From: Marsupella aquatica
Lineage: Eukaryota; Plantae; Marchantiophyta
Assembly (NCBI GenBank): GCA_973895155.1
Contig: OZ316891.1
Span: 19,617,048 to 19,681,047 of the forward strand
DNA: 64,000 nt
Direction of reading: 5' to 3'
Shown here: positions 24,568-37,000 of the stretch, one piece after another
How the letters are laid out: every line of letters begins with the position of its first letter
Position numbering within the stretch: position 1 is the stretch's first letter
Position numbers and translations under genes: made by a program
The notes under the pieces: model-generated
Databases searched by the model: none
The model's input: only the letters and a program-made list of their open reading frames with translations
Told to the model about the DNA's origin: nothing

Positions 24568-25461
24568 ATGCCTGGAGTCAAGATGCAGACGGTGCAGGAG
24601 AGGAAGCACGTCGTTGCGCTGAAGGTGAACAACAAGAACAGAAAAGGATGGGCGAAAGGGAAGATGGAGGGCAAAGGGGGTCCTCTGAATCCCGCGTGCA
24701 CGTACAGAGGAGTGAGGCAGCGGCAGTGGGGCATGTGGGTGGCAGAAATCCGCGAGCCAGGGAAGAAGAAGAGATTATGGCTCGGCACTTACCATACGGC
24801 TGACGAAGCAGCGCTGATTTATGACAGGGCTTCTCGGCAGTTCTATGGCCTTGAAGGATACCAAAACCTCCATGACTTCCCCGGAAAGCATGATGCTGAC
24901 TTGAAAGTCCCGAGAAGCAATTCGGAGAGGCAGAACCAGAGTATCGCTAAACGTGCAATCGTCACTGATGGGCCTGTTCTACCATCAGCAGGAGCAGGAG
25001 GGTCCGGACGATCAGCAGCTTCTTCATCTTCTTCTGGCCAACATCTTCTGCGCCCAATCCGCCCAGATTACAAGAGCCACCAGTCTAATTTGCTGCTGTC
25101 TCAGTCCTCTGGAACGGATTGGATGGGGGCAGACGATGAGTTGAGTTTCAATGCTTCTCCGGTGGTTGCTGTTTCTTCAATGTCTGCTGTTGAGGGTTTT
25201 ATCGCTCAGGAGGCAGTCTGGAGACTGCAGATGGGGTCGGAAATGAAGATCGAGAGAGAAGAGGAGCAGCATCTGGAGGAGTGGAGCGACTCTTGTACTT
25301 CCATGACTTCTGCCACTTCTCCGGATTCAAGGGAGTATGTGTCATGTATGACCAGTGAAGAGGAGCCTGCTTGGGACAACTTTCCGGAGATCCTGAGCCT
25401 CCCCAACGACTTGGAGCTGTTGAAAGAGGAGAATCTCATCTACTTCCCCAGTTTAGTGTAG
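24568..25461 (+). CDS. DREB2: AP2/ERF transcription factor, DREB A-2 (DREB2-like), 297 aa from this ATG
   Basis: [17 protein letters not shown] (DREB2 KGSKKGCMxGKGGPEN motif) precedes the AP2 domain [19 protein letters not shown]...[20 protein letters not shown], which has the DREB-type Val/Glu (VAEIRE). A Ser-rich stretch and an acidic C-terminus follow. Confidence 0.92.
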   Translation: MPGVKMQTVQERKHVVALKVNNKNRKGWAKGKMEGKGGPLNPACTYRGVRQRQWGMWVAEIREPGKKKRLWLGTYHTADEAALIYDRASRQFYGLEGYQNLHDFPGKHDADLKVPRSNSERQNQSIAKRAIVTDGPVLPSAGAGGSGRSAASSSSSGQHLLRPIRPDYKSHQSNLLLSQSSGTDWMGADDELSFNASPVVAVSSMSAVEGFIAQEAVWRLQMGSEMKIEREEEQHLEEWSDSCTSMTSATSPDSREYVSCMTSEEEPAWDNFPEILSLPNDLELLKEENLIYFPSLV

Positions 25462-28400
25462 GCAGGGCAATTTTTTGAACCCTCGATCGATCTGGATGGG
25501 TCTGCTGGCAGTGCTTAATTGCCTCGTCGCCAGCCCCATTCCATTGCGTCTAAGGAAGACCACTGTCGTCATTGTCGATCGGGAACCACAGATGGGAGCT
25601 AATTGAACCGTGAGGGTTCGCTTCATCTCTGTTCTGCTCTGTCTCTGCTGTCCCCTTGCCTTTTCCTGCTCTCTCTACGCTCCGCGTCCCCCTCTGTTTG
25701 TCCTTCTACCTACGCACCTGCGGTCATCTCGGGCGACATTTCTGGTGGCAGAATCTTCGTCATGGCATTCTGCTGCTGCTGCTAATGCTCTACATATTTT
25801 GGCTACATATCTACATTTTGGGGAAGGGTATACAAAACTTCGAGCGCCCAGACTGTCTTCAGTTTCTTGGAGAAGGAAACTGCGCAGAGCAGTGATGGTT
25901 CGACGCATTAGAATCTGATTAGTGTGTATTATACAATCGCTTTTGGATCCCACAGCTCAGACCGTGCCATCGAAGGTCGAAGTTTACTGTCTCAATGCGC
26001 GCTCAAAGAATTGATTCAAGTCGTGAGATTGAAATTATGCTGGGCCTGCACCGGTACTCTGTACCAATTTGGAGAATGATCACGGAGGAGAGAGAGTGCA
26101 TCAATAGTATCCGACTACAATAGTCGTCGACTAAGGTAGTCGAGTGAGAGTCCATAGGGGAAGAAGGCTCAAGTGGAGGCCAGACACGGCAAGGGAAGGA
26201 AAAGCTTAGGAATATGGAAGACAAAGGAGACTGCAAGAATGTTTCTCTGGTCGAGGTGCAATGGGCCTGTCTCATAGACTGCAAAGTGACTTGGAGGAAA
26301 TCATCATGAATGATTTGATGGATTTGAGCGATTGCAATGCGTACAGCACTGCGTTATCAGAAAAAATTGAAGGTGAATCTCGGTCTCCGTTTCGCTTCCT
26401 TCTTGAGGTGACATTGCGAACCGCCAGGGGGTTCTGTCTGGGCTGAGAACTGTGGAGTACATTACCACTAAAGTTTGACCTGGATCGACTAATCCAACAA
26501 CGACATCCACGCGCAGACCCAATCACTGAGTGTTCTTTACGGGTCATGTCACACATGGTTTTGGAGCAGACAGCGAATTGGCTAGAGGAGACGCTTCAAA
26601 AGGCAGAGAGAGGCGCCACTAGTACATCAGGTGATGTCGGTGATCTCGCAGAGCTGTAGAACGGTGGTACTGGCGGAAGTCTATTCTCTTCGAGCCGATT
26701 GAAGAGCTGAGATTGCAAGACAAATGAACCGTCCAAGAGAAATTGGTGATCAAACAGGTAGAGTAGAGGGCAAACATTAGGATGAGGTCCACGCAAAAGA
26801 CTTCGGAAGTAGAATAGCCTTCAGGCAGTAATACCAGTCCCTTGTACCAATTGGGGATCCGAATACTTCAGATTCATTTTATTCAGGTGTGGCCCAGACA
26901 TCTGGAATCAGTGTCGAGCACATCCAATTTTCCTGTCATCTGGACAGTGTTTGTACTTTACAAATATGACGTTAGTGTAATTATTTTTGCGACTTCAGCG
27001 AGTTAGGTTTTGTAGCAAGGCTTGATAGTGTAAGATACAGTTCCTACCTTAAAATCTCGTTGGTATGGAACAAGCCTGAGCCTACTTCCCATCCTAGATC
27101 TTAAAACTGAAGATACTTCAGGAGGGAGGTGGAATAGTTTAGCATACAGTTGTCGGCTCAATCCGTTCGGCATAATTGTGTGGCAAGAGCTTCAATGTCA
27201 TCAAGAAACTCAACAAGAGTTCCTCTGAAATAACATTCAGGCACTTCTTCTATTTCAGAGACTCGTTCATTCTACTCTACAATGTGACTATATGAAAATG
27301 GTGTTCGGCCTTTACTGCAGATCAGATCTTGCATTATATTTGGACAGTAACGACAGACTGTATCTCCGCTGTTGGTCTCAGATCTTGCATGTTTAGCCAA
27401 GATCATATGGATGACGGGGCGGCAGTTCGTGTTTTCAATGGCATGAGTTATTCAGAGTAGACTCGCAATTAGATTATGTCGATTTTGAAACCTAATAGAC
27501 AGGTACCAAAATTGTCCGTTCTACGCTTGCATTCACGCATAGTTTGGATCCCTTGGAATCGCGCATTCGGAATCATTTAGGTGCAGCATGTGTTGAGCCA
27601 ACGCTGAATCGAAGATCAGAAACGGGAAGGCTCATCAATGCTACAAACAGTAGCAGTTCGAGCTTTGCTAAATCCATTTGCCACAGGTACAATTTCATTA
27701 CAAGGCACAAAATTTTGTCTAAATTCAGTTCACACGGATTATCAGCGAGCTTGGCGTGACTGCGTTGCTCGCAGATCGTAGGTCGCAGATTGGGCAATGC
27801 GTTTTCTGGATTTCGGTTCCTTTGTAAATACGGACCTTCTCTGTCTGTCGCCGAATGCTGGACTAGTGGGCAAAGCAGACCACACACGGCATCGCTCCTC
27901 TGGGCTACGAGCACGTCGCCGTGGTAGTTTGGAGAAAGCCAAGAGCGGATTCGGAAGCGATTGTTCGGACAGGAGCGATCCTCCAGTCAAAACTCGTCAA
28001 AAAACGTTGAATCTGATGATATTCTGATGGAGGCTCGCACCTGTCGCCTGCTGCCGTAGCCGGCTCCCCCACACAGACGCTGTGGCCCCTCCTCTCCCTG
28101 GCCCTTCCGGCCCGCCCCACCCGCACACAGTTATAGCTTCGGAGAAGCGATAGCTCACCGACCCGTGATCGATGTCTCGGCCCGCGATCTCGGATCGAGC
28201 AATGCCCCACTTGCAAGTAAAGTTAATTACTGCGCCAGCGACAGCGAGCGACCCCCACTAGCTCGACCGTGACGTCTCCGTGACGGGGCTGTACCCCACT
28301 TTACCTCCAGTAAGTTTCCAAATTGGGCGAGATTTTGGATGTGGGCACTTCGGGACTTGGGACAGAGCTTCTTGTATCATTATTACTGTCATCAAGGGTT

Positions 28401-28639
28401 GGGATTACGGATCGAAGTACTGTATCGGCTTTCGAGACTCGGGTGTGGAAATGCAATCTGAAGATGCTTGCCTGATGAGTATGATGAGATTCCGACGAAA
28501 CTCGACACGATGGTTGCGCACGTTCCGCAAAACCTTGGTGCGCTTCGAAAGAGTGATTACTTTCTTTTGCCCGTTCGCAAGTACAGTGCGAAGACGTGTC
28601 TAAGCGCAGACTCGTGGGAAGACCCTAAATCCTGCTCAT

Positions 28640-28910
28640 AAACTTTCGATTATGCATTTCTGGGAATGTGCTCGCAAGATAAGTGCTCAGAAACTTCGGG
28701 TTATGCATTTCTGGGTATGTGCGCGCGTTTATGTTCTTGCATTTATAGAGATTCGTGCATGCACTCATTCCTAAAAATCTACGGCTTCTGCAGATGAATT
28801 CTTCGGCCTGTGCCTAGAAATCTATGGCTTGCGGCTCAACGTGGTGCAGAAACTTTCCATTATGCATTTCTGGGTATGTGCTCGTGTTTATGTTCATGCA
28901 TTTATACAGA
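28640..28910. repeat. Three diverged copies of AAACTT...TTATGCATTTCTGGG(A/T)ATGTGC
   Basis: Copies at about 28640, 28690 and 28850. Confidence 0.75.
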
Positions 28911-31900
28911 ATAATTGCAGATTCATGCATGCCGGTGAATTCTTCTGCTTATGCCCACAAATCTCTCGCTTCTGGTTATGGCTTGACATGGTCAATTGAT
29001 TTCCTCCCATGATGGCAGCGCTTCAGTGAACAGTGTGCTGCTACACATTGTACTCCCTGGTCGACTCTTGCCCTGACTGTTGTCCTCTGTAGGCTCCTAA
29101 ACATTGAGAAGCTTCACATTGTCTCTTGCAAACCTGGTGATTCTGCGTCAGGTGCCACACTAAAGCCCTCTTTTCCTCAACGCTCTCAGAGGCTTTCGGC
29201 TTTGATATATCTTGAAAATGGATAAGTGCTTGTAAGTACTCTATGTCATTCTACAAGGCTTTTATGAATAAGTTGTCATTGTTGCAAGCCTATCTTATCG
29301 ATGGAAGCATCTTGTTTACATATGTAGTTGTTGCAAGGCCTTATTGATAAAAGCTTCTTGTTTACTATATGCAAGTAAATGCAACTACGTATTTGTCGAA
29401 CACCACACACATAGATAAATGCATGTGTACTCTTACAACGGGAATGCAGTTATATAGTTTGTCATACACCGCACACACGCAAACGCAGACGCTACATTAG
29501 CTCTCGTCCCATGTTTTTCCCAATTTGTGTTGTTTTGGGAAAACTTCTTCTTCATTTGTGGCATGAAAGAAGGTTTGGAAAACCTTTTCACTCGAAAAAG
29601 AATTGCTACATGACGAGTAGAGACTTCATAAAGAGATGGACTTTGACTAGAAGCAAGTGGGCTAGACAGGTTTATTAGTGAATAGACATTGGCACTAGTC
29701 TCAAAGTTGCAGTTTCTCACACACAGAGTTGTCATATTGTTCAAACAGAATCAGCTTTTAGGTGATCTGCTTTAAAGCAATGCTACTATATCTCCTTTTG
29801 CTTCCATAAGAATCATCAACCCCACAAGCAATTTATTCCCACATTCTCTTCATAATCTCATGACTGTTGTTGGAAATCCTAGACATGGGCCATTGATATT
29901 TATTTATAACATGTTTATGCTAGAACTTGTTTGATATTTTTCTGGCAGCAAATCAAAAAGACAATTATTCTATCTTAATGATATAATTTAAAAGAAAGTA
30001 TTCCTAAAGGAGAAAAACAAAGAATTTTATAATCTGACATGCTAGTGTTAAGTGGCAAAACAATGCCAGGCTGTATCCACAAAGTGAAGCCTGGATGGAC
30101 CACCCTTAGGACACATTGCTCCCATAGACCATGTTTTGGTGGTCCATGGGAGTTTTGGGCTTATAATTATGATTAGGAGTCCTAAAATAATTTTTTAGCT
30201 TTTCATCTCCAAGGCAATCAGAGAGGGAGTAAAAAGCCTAATATTTTGTAGTAGCATAATGAGAATTAATGTAATAGAATTTACTCCTCTGCATTGTATG
30301 ATGAATAATTGAACCAAAATGGCCAAAAATGAGTTGTCACTTTGATGGAAGTGTAGCTTACCTACTCCTCTAGCACATAAAGTATTTGAATTTATGAACA
30401 TCATATTATTAAAATTAAGCTCAAATTTGGGAAATGTGGTCCATGGGTTTTCAAAAGACCAACCTTGTGGTCCATGGGAGCTGAGTTTTGCTATATCCAT
30501 GGACATTGAATTCTACCTGTAGAAAAAATAATTATTACAAACAACAGTATTTCTATGTAAGACGGTAGCCCCATGCTAGTGTTGTATAGTATTGTTAGAT
30601 GGTTAGTGATATTAAGCAGGCGTGTTATTGAACATACGTTAGCTGGCCAGACAATTGGACGCTGAGGTAAGTTGGCCTTACAAGTGGATTTCAAGGGATG
30701 TGTGAGTTATGGAAAGTGTGATGGATTGGGTTGCAAAAAGGGTGCAAATTGACACCTTTAGGCCCATCTCATGATCAGGGAACATGAGCATCATCTACCA
30801 GCCAAGCTTTCGCACCAAACCTATATTTTTGTAAACAAACCATGACCAAAAAACAAACAGAATTACAGATTATATTGTTAGGTATACCTTTCTTTTTACA
30901 CTCCCCTACTAATGACGGCGTGCTTGGATTTGTGAACAAAAAAGGTACAAGAGCCAATTCTGAGCCTACTGTGTTGTCAAATGTGGTAGTCTAAGGGCCC
31001 TCTTGCATGTAAGAGTCCTTGAGTTCTCTCTAACTAGCCCCATGACCCGTTCCTTGAAAACAAATAGATATCAAGAGAAATCTTGCACATTAAAATTTAT
31101 ATGTTATTTTGGTCAGTCTTTGCCCCATCCTTGCTTTTTGTCCATTCTATTTCAGTTTTGTCTTTATTTAAAGTCAATGTCACTTTTGTCCATCCTCCCA
31201 TTTAAAATTTTGATTTTTAATGAACCTCATCATCAGTTTATTCTCTATTGGGAGTAAAGGTCATCATCAGTTTTGTCTCTATTGGGAGTTAAAGGTCCAG
31301 AAGTTTCACTCTAGGCTTAGGCCCTTTAAAACAATCTTCAATTGGCGCTTTTATAGTAAGATGTGCTGTTGCTAGGTGTACAACTTTCCAGTCATTAGTT
31401 AATAAGTGAAAGGCTTGCAAGTGGCCACAAAGAACATTCCATCACATCTCTTCCAACCCAAACCTCTCTAAACAAGTACACCAAGTACATCATCATCTAC
31501 TGTGGTCCACATTAGGTGTAGTGAATCTAAGGGCCGGTCCCACAAAAACAATATGAGTGCACAGTTCAGTTTAGTTTCTATGGTGGCAAGTAATGGGGGT
31601 TTTTCATGGTAGAAAATTGATGCAATGCCATGGGGGATAAATAAACTTAATAGAGAAATTGGCCAAGAAAAAAATGGGCTAGGGAACATATGCTGGCAGT
31701 TTAGGGGATTGGGAAGGAAACTAAGCTCCAGACATGACAGTCTGAAAACTTAACATGAGGGATACTCAAGAAGAGGTTTCTATATGTTGAAATAGGTCTT
31801 AAACACATGTTTTGGATAGGCATACGAGAAATTAGAGAAAAAAGTAACCCAGAAAACTGTTTGGCTGTGAAAATTTGAAATGGCCACTAGCAAAAGTCTG

Positions 31901-32438
31901 GAAACAAGTAAAAAGAACTTTCCACTATACTGATTGCAAACCAAGTTATCACCACGGTAGTCAAGCTGCCACATAATGACATGCCACTCCCAACCAGCTC
32001 AACTGATCTCACACTGGGTCTTTTGTCAATCACAAGCCAATGGCAAAACTAAGCTAGTTCAGTCCCACTGAAGATATGGAGAACTAAGGCAATGCTATTC
32101 AAATCAACATAAATCATACTCCCAATTTTAAGTCAATTTTCCAGACCAATTATAGCATAGAAGATAACCCCCTCCAGGCCATGGGTTACCCAACACTTAA
32201 CTACAATTCTATGCCATGTGCCTGTCTGAAGTGCCAGACTTCCCGCCCTGATCAAGCCCTCCCAACTCGTTGATATCATTGTCCTGCTACCCCCATACAC
32301 TGAATACCCACCTCTCTCGGGAGAATGAAGTTCTTTGAGTTCTGACAATGCTGCACAATCCAGGAGGCCCACCCTGAAAGTGGCTAGGGTATTCGTTAAG
32401 GAATTTTCAAAATTGCCAGTGTAGCTAATCGTTCCTTG

Positions 32439-32902
32439 TGTTAGGGATTACATGCTAAGAATATTTCTCATGTCAATTTCCTATATTAATTCCCTTTAGA
32501 TGTCCCTAGATTTAAGGGTAACCATCAGCTTGTGACCAATGGACCGTGAGGTGTGGTGCCCCACTTGTTTTGGCACGGGAAAAGTGGGAATGTCCATTGG
32601 CCCATGTTTGTAGGGTCCGCTAGTTCTAGAAAGAAGTGGCCAATTTTAGCCGAATAGAGGCAAATGATCCGAATGGCTAAGTTTTGCTAGACCTTTCTCT
32701 TGGTCTAGACTTACTTAGTAGTAGTCACAATTGGTCGAACAGTGATCAAGTACTTGATTAATATTAGATATACCAGTTCTATATCATAAAAGAGATAAAG
32801 AGAGCTTAGTATGTAGAGCCCTCCTATAGCCAACTGGCCTAGAGGTCATTAAAATTATTTTGTGTATTCTCGTGGATGTAACATTTGGTGAGGTGACCCA
32901 GG
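32439..32902 (+). mobile_element. LTR-like unit (TGTTA...TAACA, 445 bp) followed by a PBS-like motif
   Basis: Inverted termini TGTTA (32439) and TAACA (ending 32883). After 2 nt comes TGGTGAGGTGACCCAGG, which resembles a tRNA-His-type PBS with mismatches. A diverged second copy of the 5' part starts with TGTTAG at 32996. Confidence 0.55.
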
Positions 32903-33329
32903 TATATTTTGTGCCTGTTATTCTTTGGATGTTTCACCGCATGCTGCCTTTAAGAGGCCTATTGCTCAACAAATTTTGCCACTAAGAGTACCCTGTGTTA
33001 GGATAACTCATATCAGTTTCCTATATTAACCACTAACCATTAGATCTCCCTACATTAAGGACATCCGTCAGATTGTGGCTAATGGACCCTCTGGTGTGAT
33101 GGGAAACTGCCAAATGAGACCAAAAAGGTGGCCAACTTTAAAGTGGCTAATGATTGTGATGGCCACAAATGTGACAATTTTAGTGAGATACACACATCTA
33201 TTGCATGTCCAGATTTTGCTCGTGAAAATGTTATGGAAACATAAAGATATCAATGAGTGAACTCTAAAAAGGGTCATGGTTAGTGGGGGTTGCATGGTTC
33301 AAGGCTCAGTCCATGGTAGCATCAGAAAA

Positions 33330-34025
33330 AGTGGCAAATGATTCTGATGGCCAATTTTTGCCAGTAAAAGAAAACACTGCCCTCCCCCCCCCCCCCCCTT
33401 GGCGCAAATGATTCAAAGTGGCAAATGATTCTGATGGCCGATTTTCACCACTAAAGAAAACACTGGCCCCCTACCCCTGGCTCAAATAATTCAAAGTGGT
33501 GAATGATTCTGATGGCCATTTTTCGCCACTAAAGAAAACACTGGCCCCCGACCCTGGTGAAAATGATTCTGATGGCCAACTTTCACCACTAAAGGAAACA
33601 CATGTCGCCGGCCCCTAGTGCAAATGATTCTGATGGCCTATTTTTGCCGTTAAAGAAAACACTATTGTAGCCCTCGGCCCCTGGTGCAAATGATTCTGAT
33701 GGCCAATTGTTCCCACTAAAGAACGACTACCGTAGCCCATGGCCCCTGGTGCAAATGATTTTGATGGTCAATATTTCACTAAAGAAAAACTAGCCCCCGG
33801 CCCCTGGTGCGAACGATTCTAATGGAGAATTTTAGTCACGAAAGAAAAAACTTCCGTGGCCCTCGGCCCCTGGTGCAAATGATTTTGATGACCAATAGTA
33901 GTCACTACATAAAACACTAGCCCCCGGCACGGCGCGAATGATTCTGATGGCCAATTTTCGCCACTGACGAAGATACTGGCGCCAGATGGCCAATTTTCGC
34001 CAGTAAAGAAGATACTGGCCCCTGG
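33330..34025. repeat. Tandem array of about 11 diverged 55-80-bp units (GCAAATGATTCTGATGGCCAATTTTCGCCACTAAAGAAAACACT...GGCCCCTGGT)
   Basis: The core AATGATT(C/T)TGATG(G/A) recurs about every 55-80 bp across the interval. Confidence 0.92.
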
Positions 34026-37000
34026 GCCCCATGGAATTACTGACTGCCCGTCTCTCCGAGCCTTCGTTCTCATTTCCTTCGGTGATCCTCTCCTCTGTCA
34101 CTCTGTCTCTCAGTTGGTCGAATAAATCTTCGAGAGTTATAGAATTTGATCGATCTGCGCGACGTAGGAATGATGGCCCCCTCGCCTCGCCCAATTGTTC
34201 ATCGGAGGCCCCGATCCTCTGATCCAAGGTCCTGGTGTACTCAGCTTCGAGAACGCACGCAGCAAAGGTTTGCTCTCTGAGCTCAATCCGATCAACTTAC
34301 TTGAGTTGTCTGTGTGCTGTGCTTGAAGTGAGGTCGAGCTATTAGTGTACGTGTGGGGAGGGATTGCAAGCATGCGGCGAAGGCTGCTTGTTGGTTTAGT
34401 TCTGGACGAGCTGGTCTGTGTGTCTTCTCTTGTGTGCTTGATGGGAGCGAGCTGGTTCGGGATTTTGAACTCTGGAGAGTGAATTGATCTCGCTTGGAGG
34501 TAGGGAGTGAACATGGCACGGGTTGGGGGATTATTATATCATGCTCCTGAATTGCATTCCCTGTTGATGGATTATGCAGGGTTTTCGTTTGTAACTTGTT
34601 TGTTCGTCTGTCTGTACGTGTCTACTGAGAGGCTGTGGGATGTTTCCTGAAGATAATGATGGCAATCGCGCCAAATCACTAACCCCGACGTTCGCTGTAT
34701 TCTCAGTGTAAATAATTGAGCGGAGCCCATAGACTAACTCTGAGCTTATACTCTGGCTGTGATGAGATGAATGGCACGGGATTGGGCTACATACTGCCGT
34801 GAGCTTCTCGCTGGAGTTGTTGTGAGTATTTATATTGGATCTTAGCCTTGTACGAGCTTGATGGTTTCAGAAGAGACGAACGGGTTCAGTACGCAGTCGT
34901 ACTGTGTGGTTGAGTACTTGAATTTCCGGTGGATGGATGCCGCAGCGTCGAGAAGTTCAACATCTCTCGCAGGATCTTATGCTGTGTTTTTGTGTCATTG
35001 CTGGAGTTAATCAACTTGCCAAGTAACAAAACCCTGGTCGCGTTCTACCGTGTCAGCGTCATTCTCCGTGTCGCGGAATCTGCGCAGCCGATGTGCTAAC
35101 GCTTGTTTGTCCTCGCCTGGTTTTCGAACACGCAACGTCGTGGAGGGCAATGATGACTAATAATTTATGTGTTGCGCAAGCCCTCGAATCATCTTCAACG
35201 GGAACTAGGACTGGTGAGGAGGTGTGTTCTCCCCGCTTCTGGAGACAATTGCAATGCTACTAACTACGGCCGTCGGCGCGGTAGAGTATCGGCAATGGGC
35301 CGGTACTTTAAGCAGGATGCGATCGACCATTTTCCGGCATCAATGATAGGAGGTAGAAGATGCCAGGTCTCCTTTGGACTGCGGAAATTGGGTAGGGGTC
35401 TATCTGTCCGACATCGAAGAACGTACTCCTGGCATCTCCTACTTTCAACCATCGATTCTCAGGAAATTCTCCGCCGAGCTGCTCCTCTCGGAACAGACTT
35501 TGAGATCCATTTTTGGATTATGCATACACGAGGGTGAAGTGGTGTGTCTGCTGCATTCTGATTCTTCTTGAGGTTTGATCAATCAGGTCTCGTCCAGTAG
35601 TGTTTAAATTTAATTCTTCATTTACAATTTTTATATGCGTTCTCCTCACCTGCTCTAGTGTCGTTGCAGCAATTGACATTGTTATTGTGGTGAGTTGCAT
35701 TCCTTCAGCAATGATTTCCAATTCCTCTGAATCGGAAGTCTCAGCTGCGTTTCTTTAGATGAGGACCGTGAACTGACGCCCGACATCCTCAGCTAACGCA
35801 GGTGATTTCTGCGGTTGTGCACTGCAAAAGTTTGCTGAAGAGACCGATTTGTGTGTTGCTGATATAGTCATGAGAGGGACACAGTTATCCACAATTCTGC
35901 AAGCGGTTTTGTAGTTGTGCCGATTGTCTGCTGTGCATTGATATCACCTTCCCGAGGGTCGAATTCTGCCTACATTGGGAAAGTCGCATGCAACGATAAA
36001 CTTACGACAATCTGTGGGTAGTTGAGTTTAGAGTCCCCGCATGAAACAGAGGGGAGTCATAGTCACAAACGGGGCGATGAAATCAGGATGGAATCAGGCA
36101 AGGTCAGTGATGATTCATCAATGGGGCAGGCAGGCATGGCAGTGCCTGGCCCAGTGGGATCAAGCTGAAAATTCTAAATTAGGTCGTGGACCAATGGTGC
36201 ATCCCGTGGACGGTCTATGTAACTACAGTATGTGACACACATGATTTAAAGGACTTGAGGACAGATTCATAATTAAAATAGGGTTTTAATTAATTAATTA
36301 ATTTATTTATTTATTTTATTTGGGGGGGGGAGGTAGGCAGGACAATAAAACACACTATGTTATGATCTATCAACTAGACAGAAGCTAGGCTAACTAGGGT
36401 TTGTACTGCTTTGGTCACGTTTGTCAGTTCAGATGTTCAGAAAGGACAACTTCATAACCCACTGTAGGTGTCTAATGGGTTACAAAACACATAGGCCAGG
36501 GCCTCCACTCCCCACAGCTGGCAGCAAAAATTACAAAGCCAAACTCTAGACAGTGGTTTAATGCCCTTTATAGTTCTTTTCCAAGTGATTTTAGTTGCTT
36601 TTATGGAGATGAATGCACAGTCCAGTAAAATGATGCTCCCATTTGGTCTTCTGAAAGCCCCATGGACCACATTTTCCAAAATTGAGTTTAATTGTAATAA
36701 CTGGATGCTCATAAATTAAAATAATTTTTAGTTTTGAGGATATGCTAGAGGATTAAAGATGTTTGATCTGAATTTTCCATGGGAGAGATCTTTTCTCTTT
36801 GACGGGCCAAGTCTTTGCAAGCCAGCCAATACTTAAGCCAGCGAATACTTAAGATCTAACCATCTTTAACCCATTTTAAAGATCACTGTTTTATTTGGAG
36901 CGCATTGATTTCATGGGATGTTTATTGGTAGGTTATCCTCTCTACCCTTTTGAGCATGAGAAGAACTAAAGCACATGGAAGAACTCCGGGCAGTTATGGT

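Noticed and set aside
33380-33400. Poly-C run as a retrotransposon polypurine tract on the minus strand
   Set aside because: It sits within a repeat linker and is followed by another repeat unit, not an LTR start.
33330-34025. CRISPR-like repeat/spacer array
   Set aside because: The context is eukaryotic, the repeats are degenerate, the linkers are related to each other, and there are no cas genes. This is a minisatellite.
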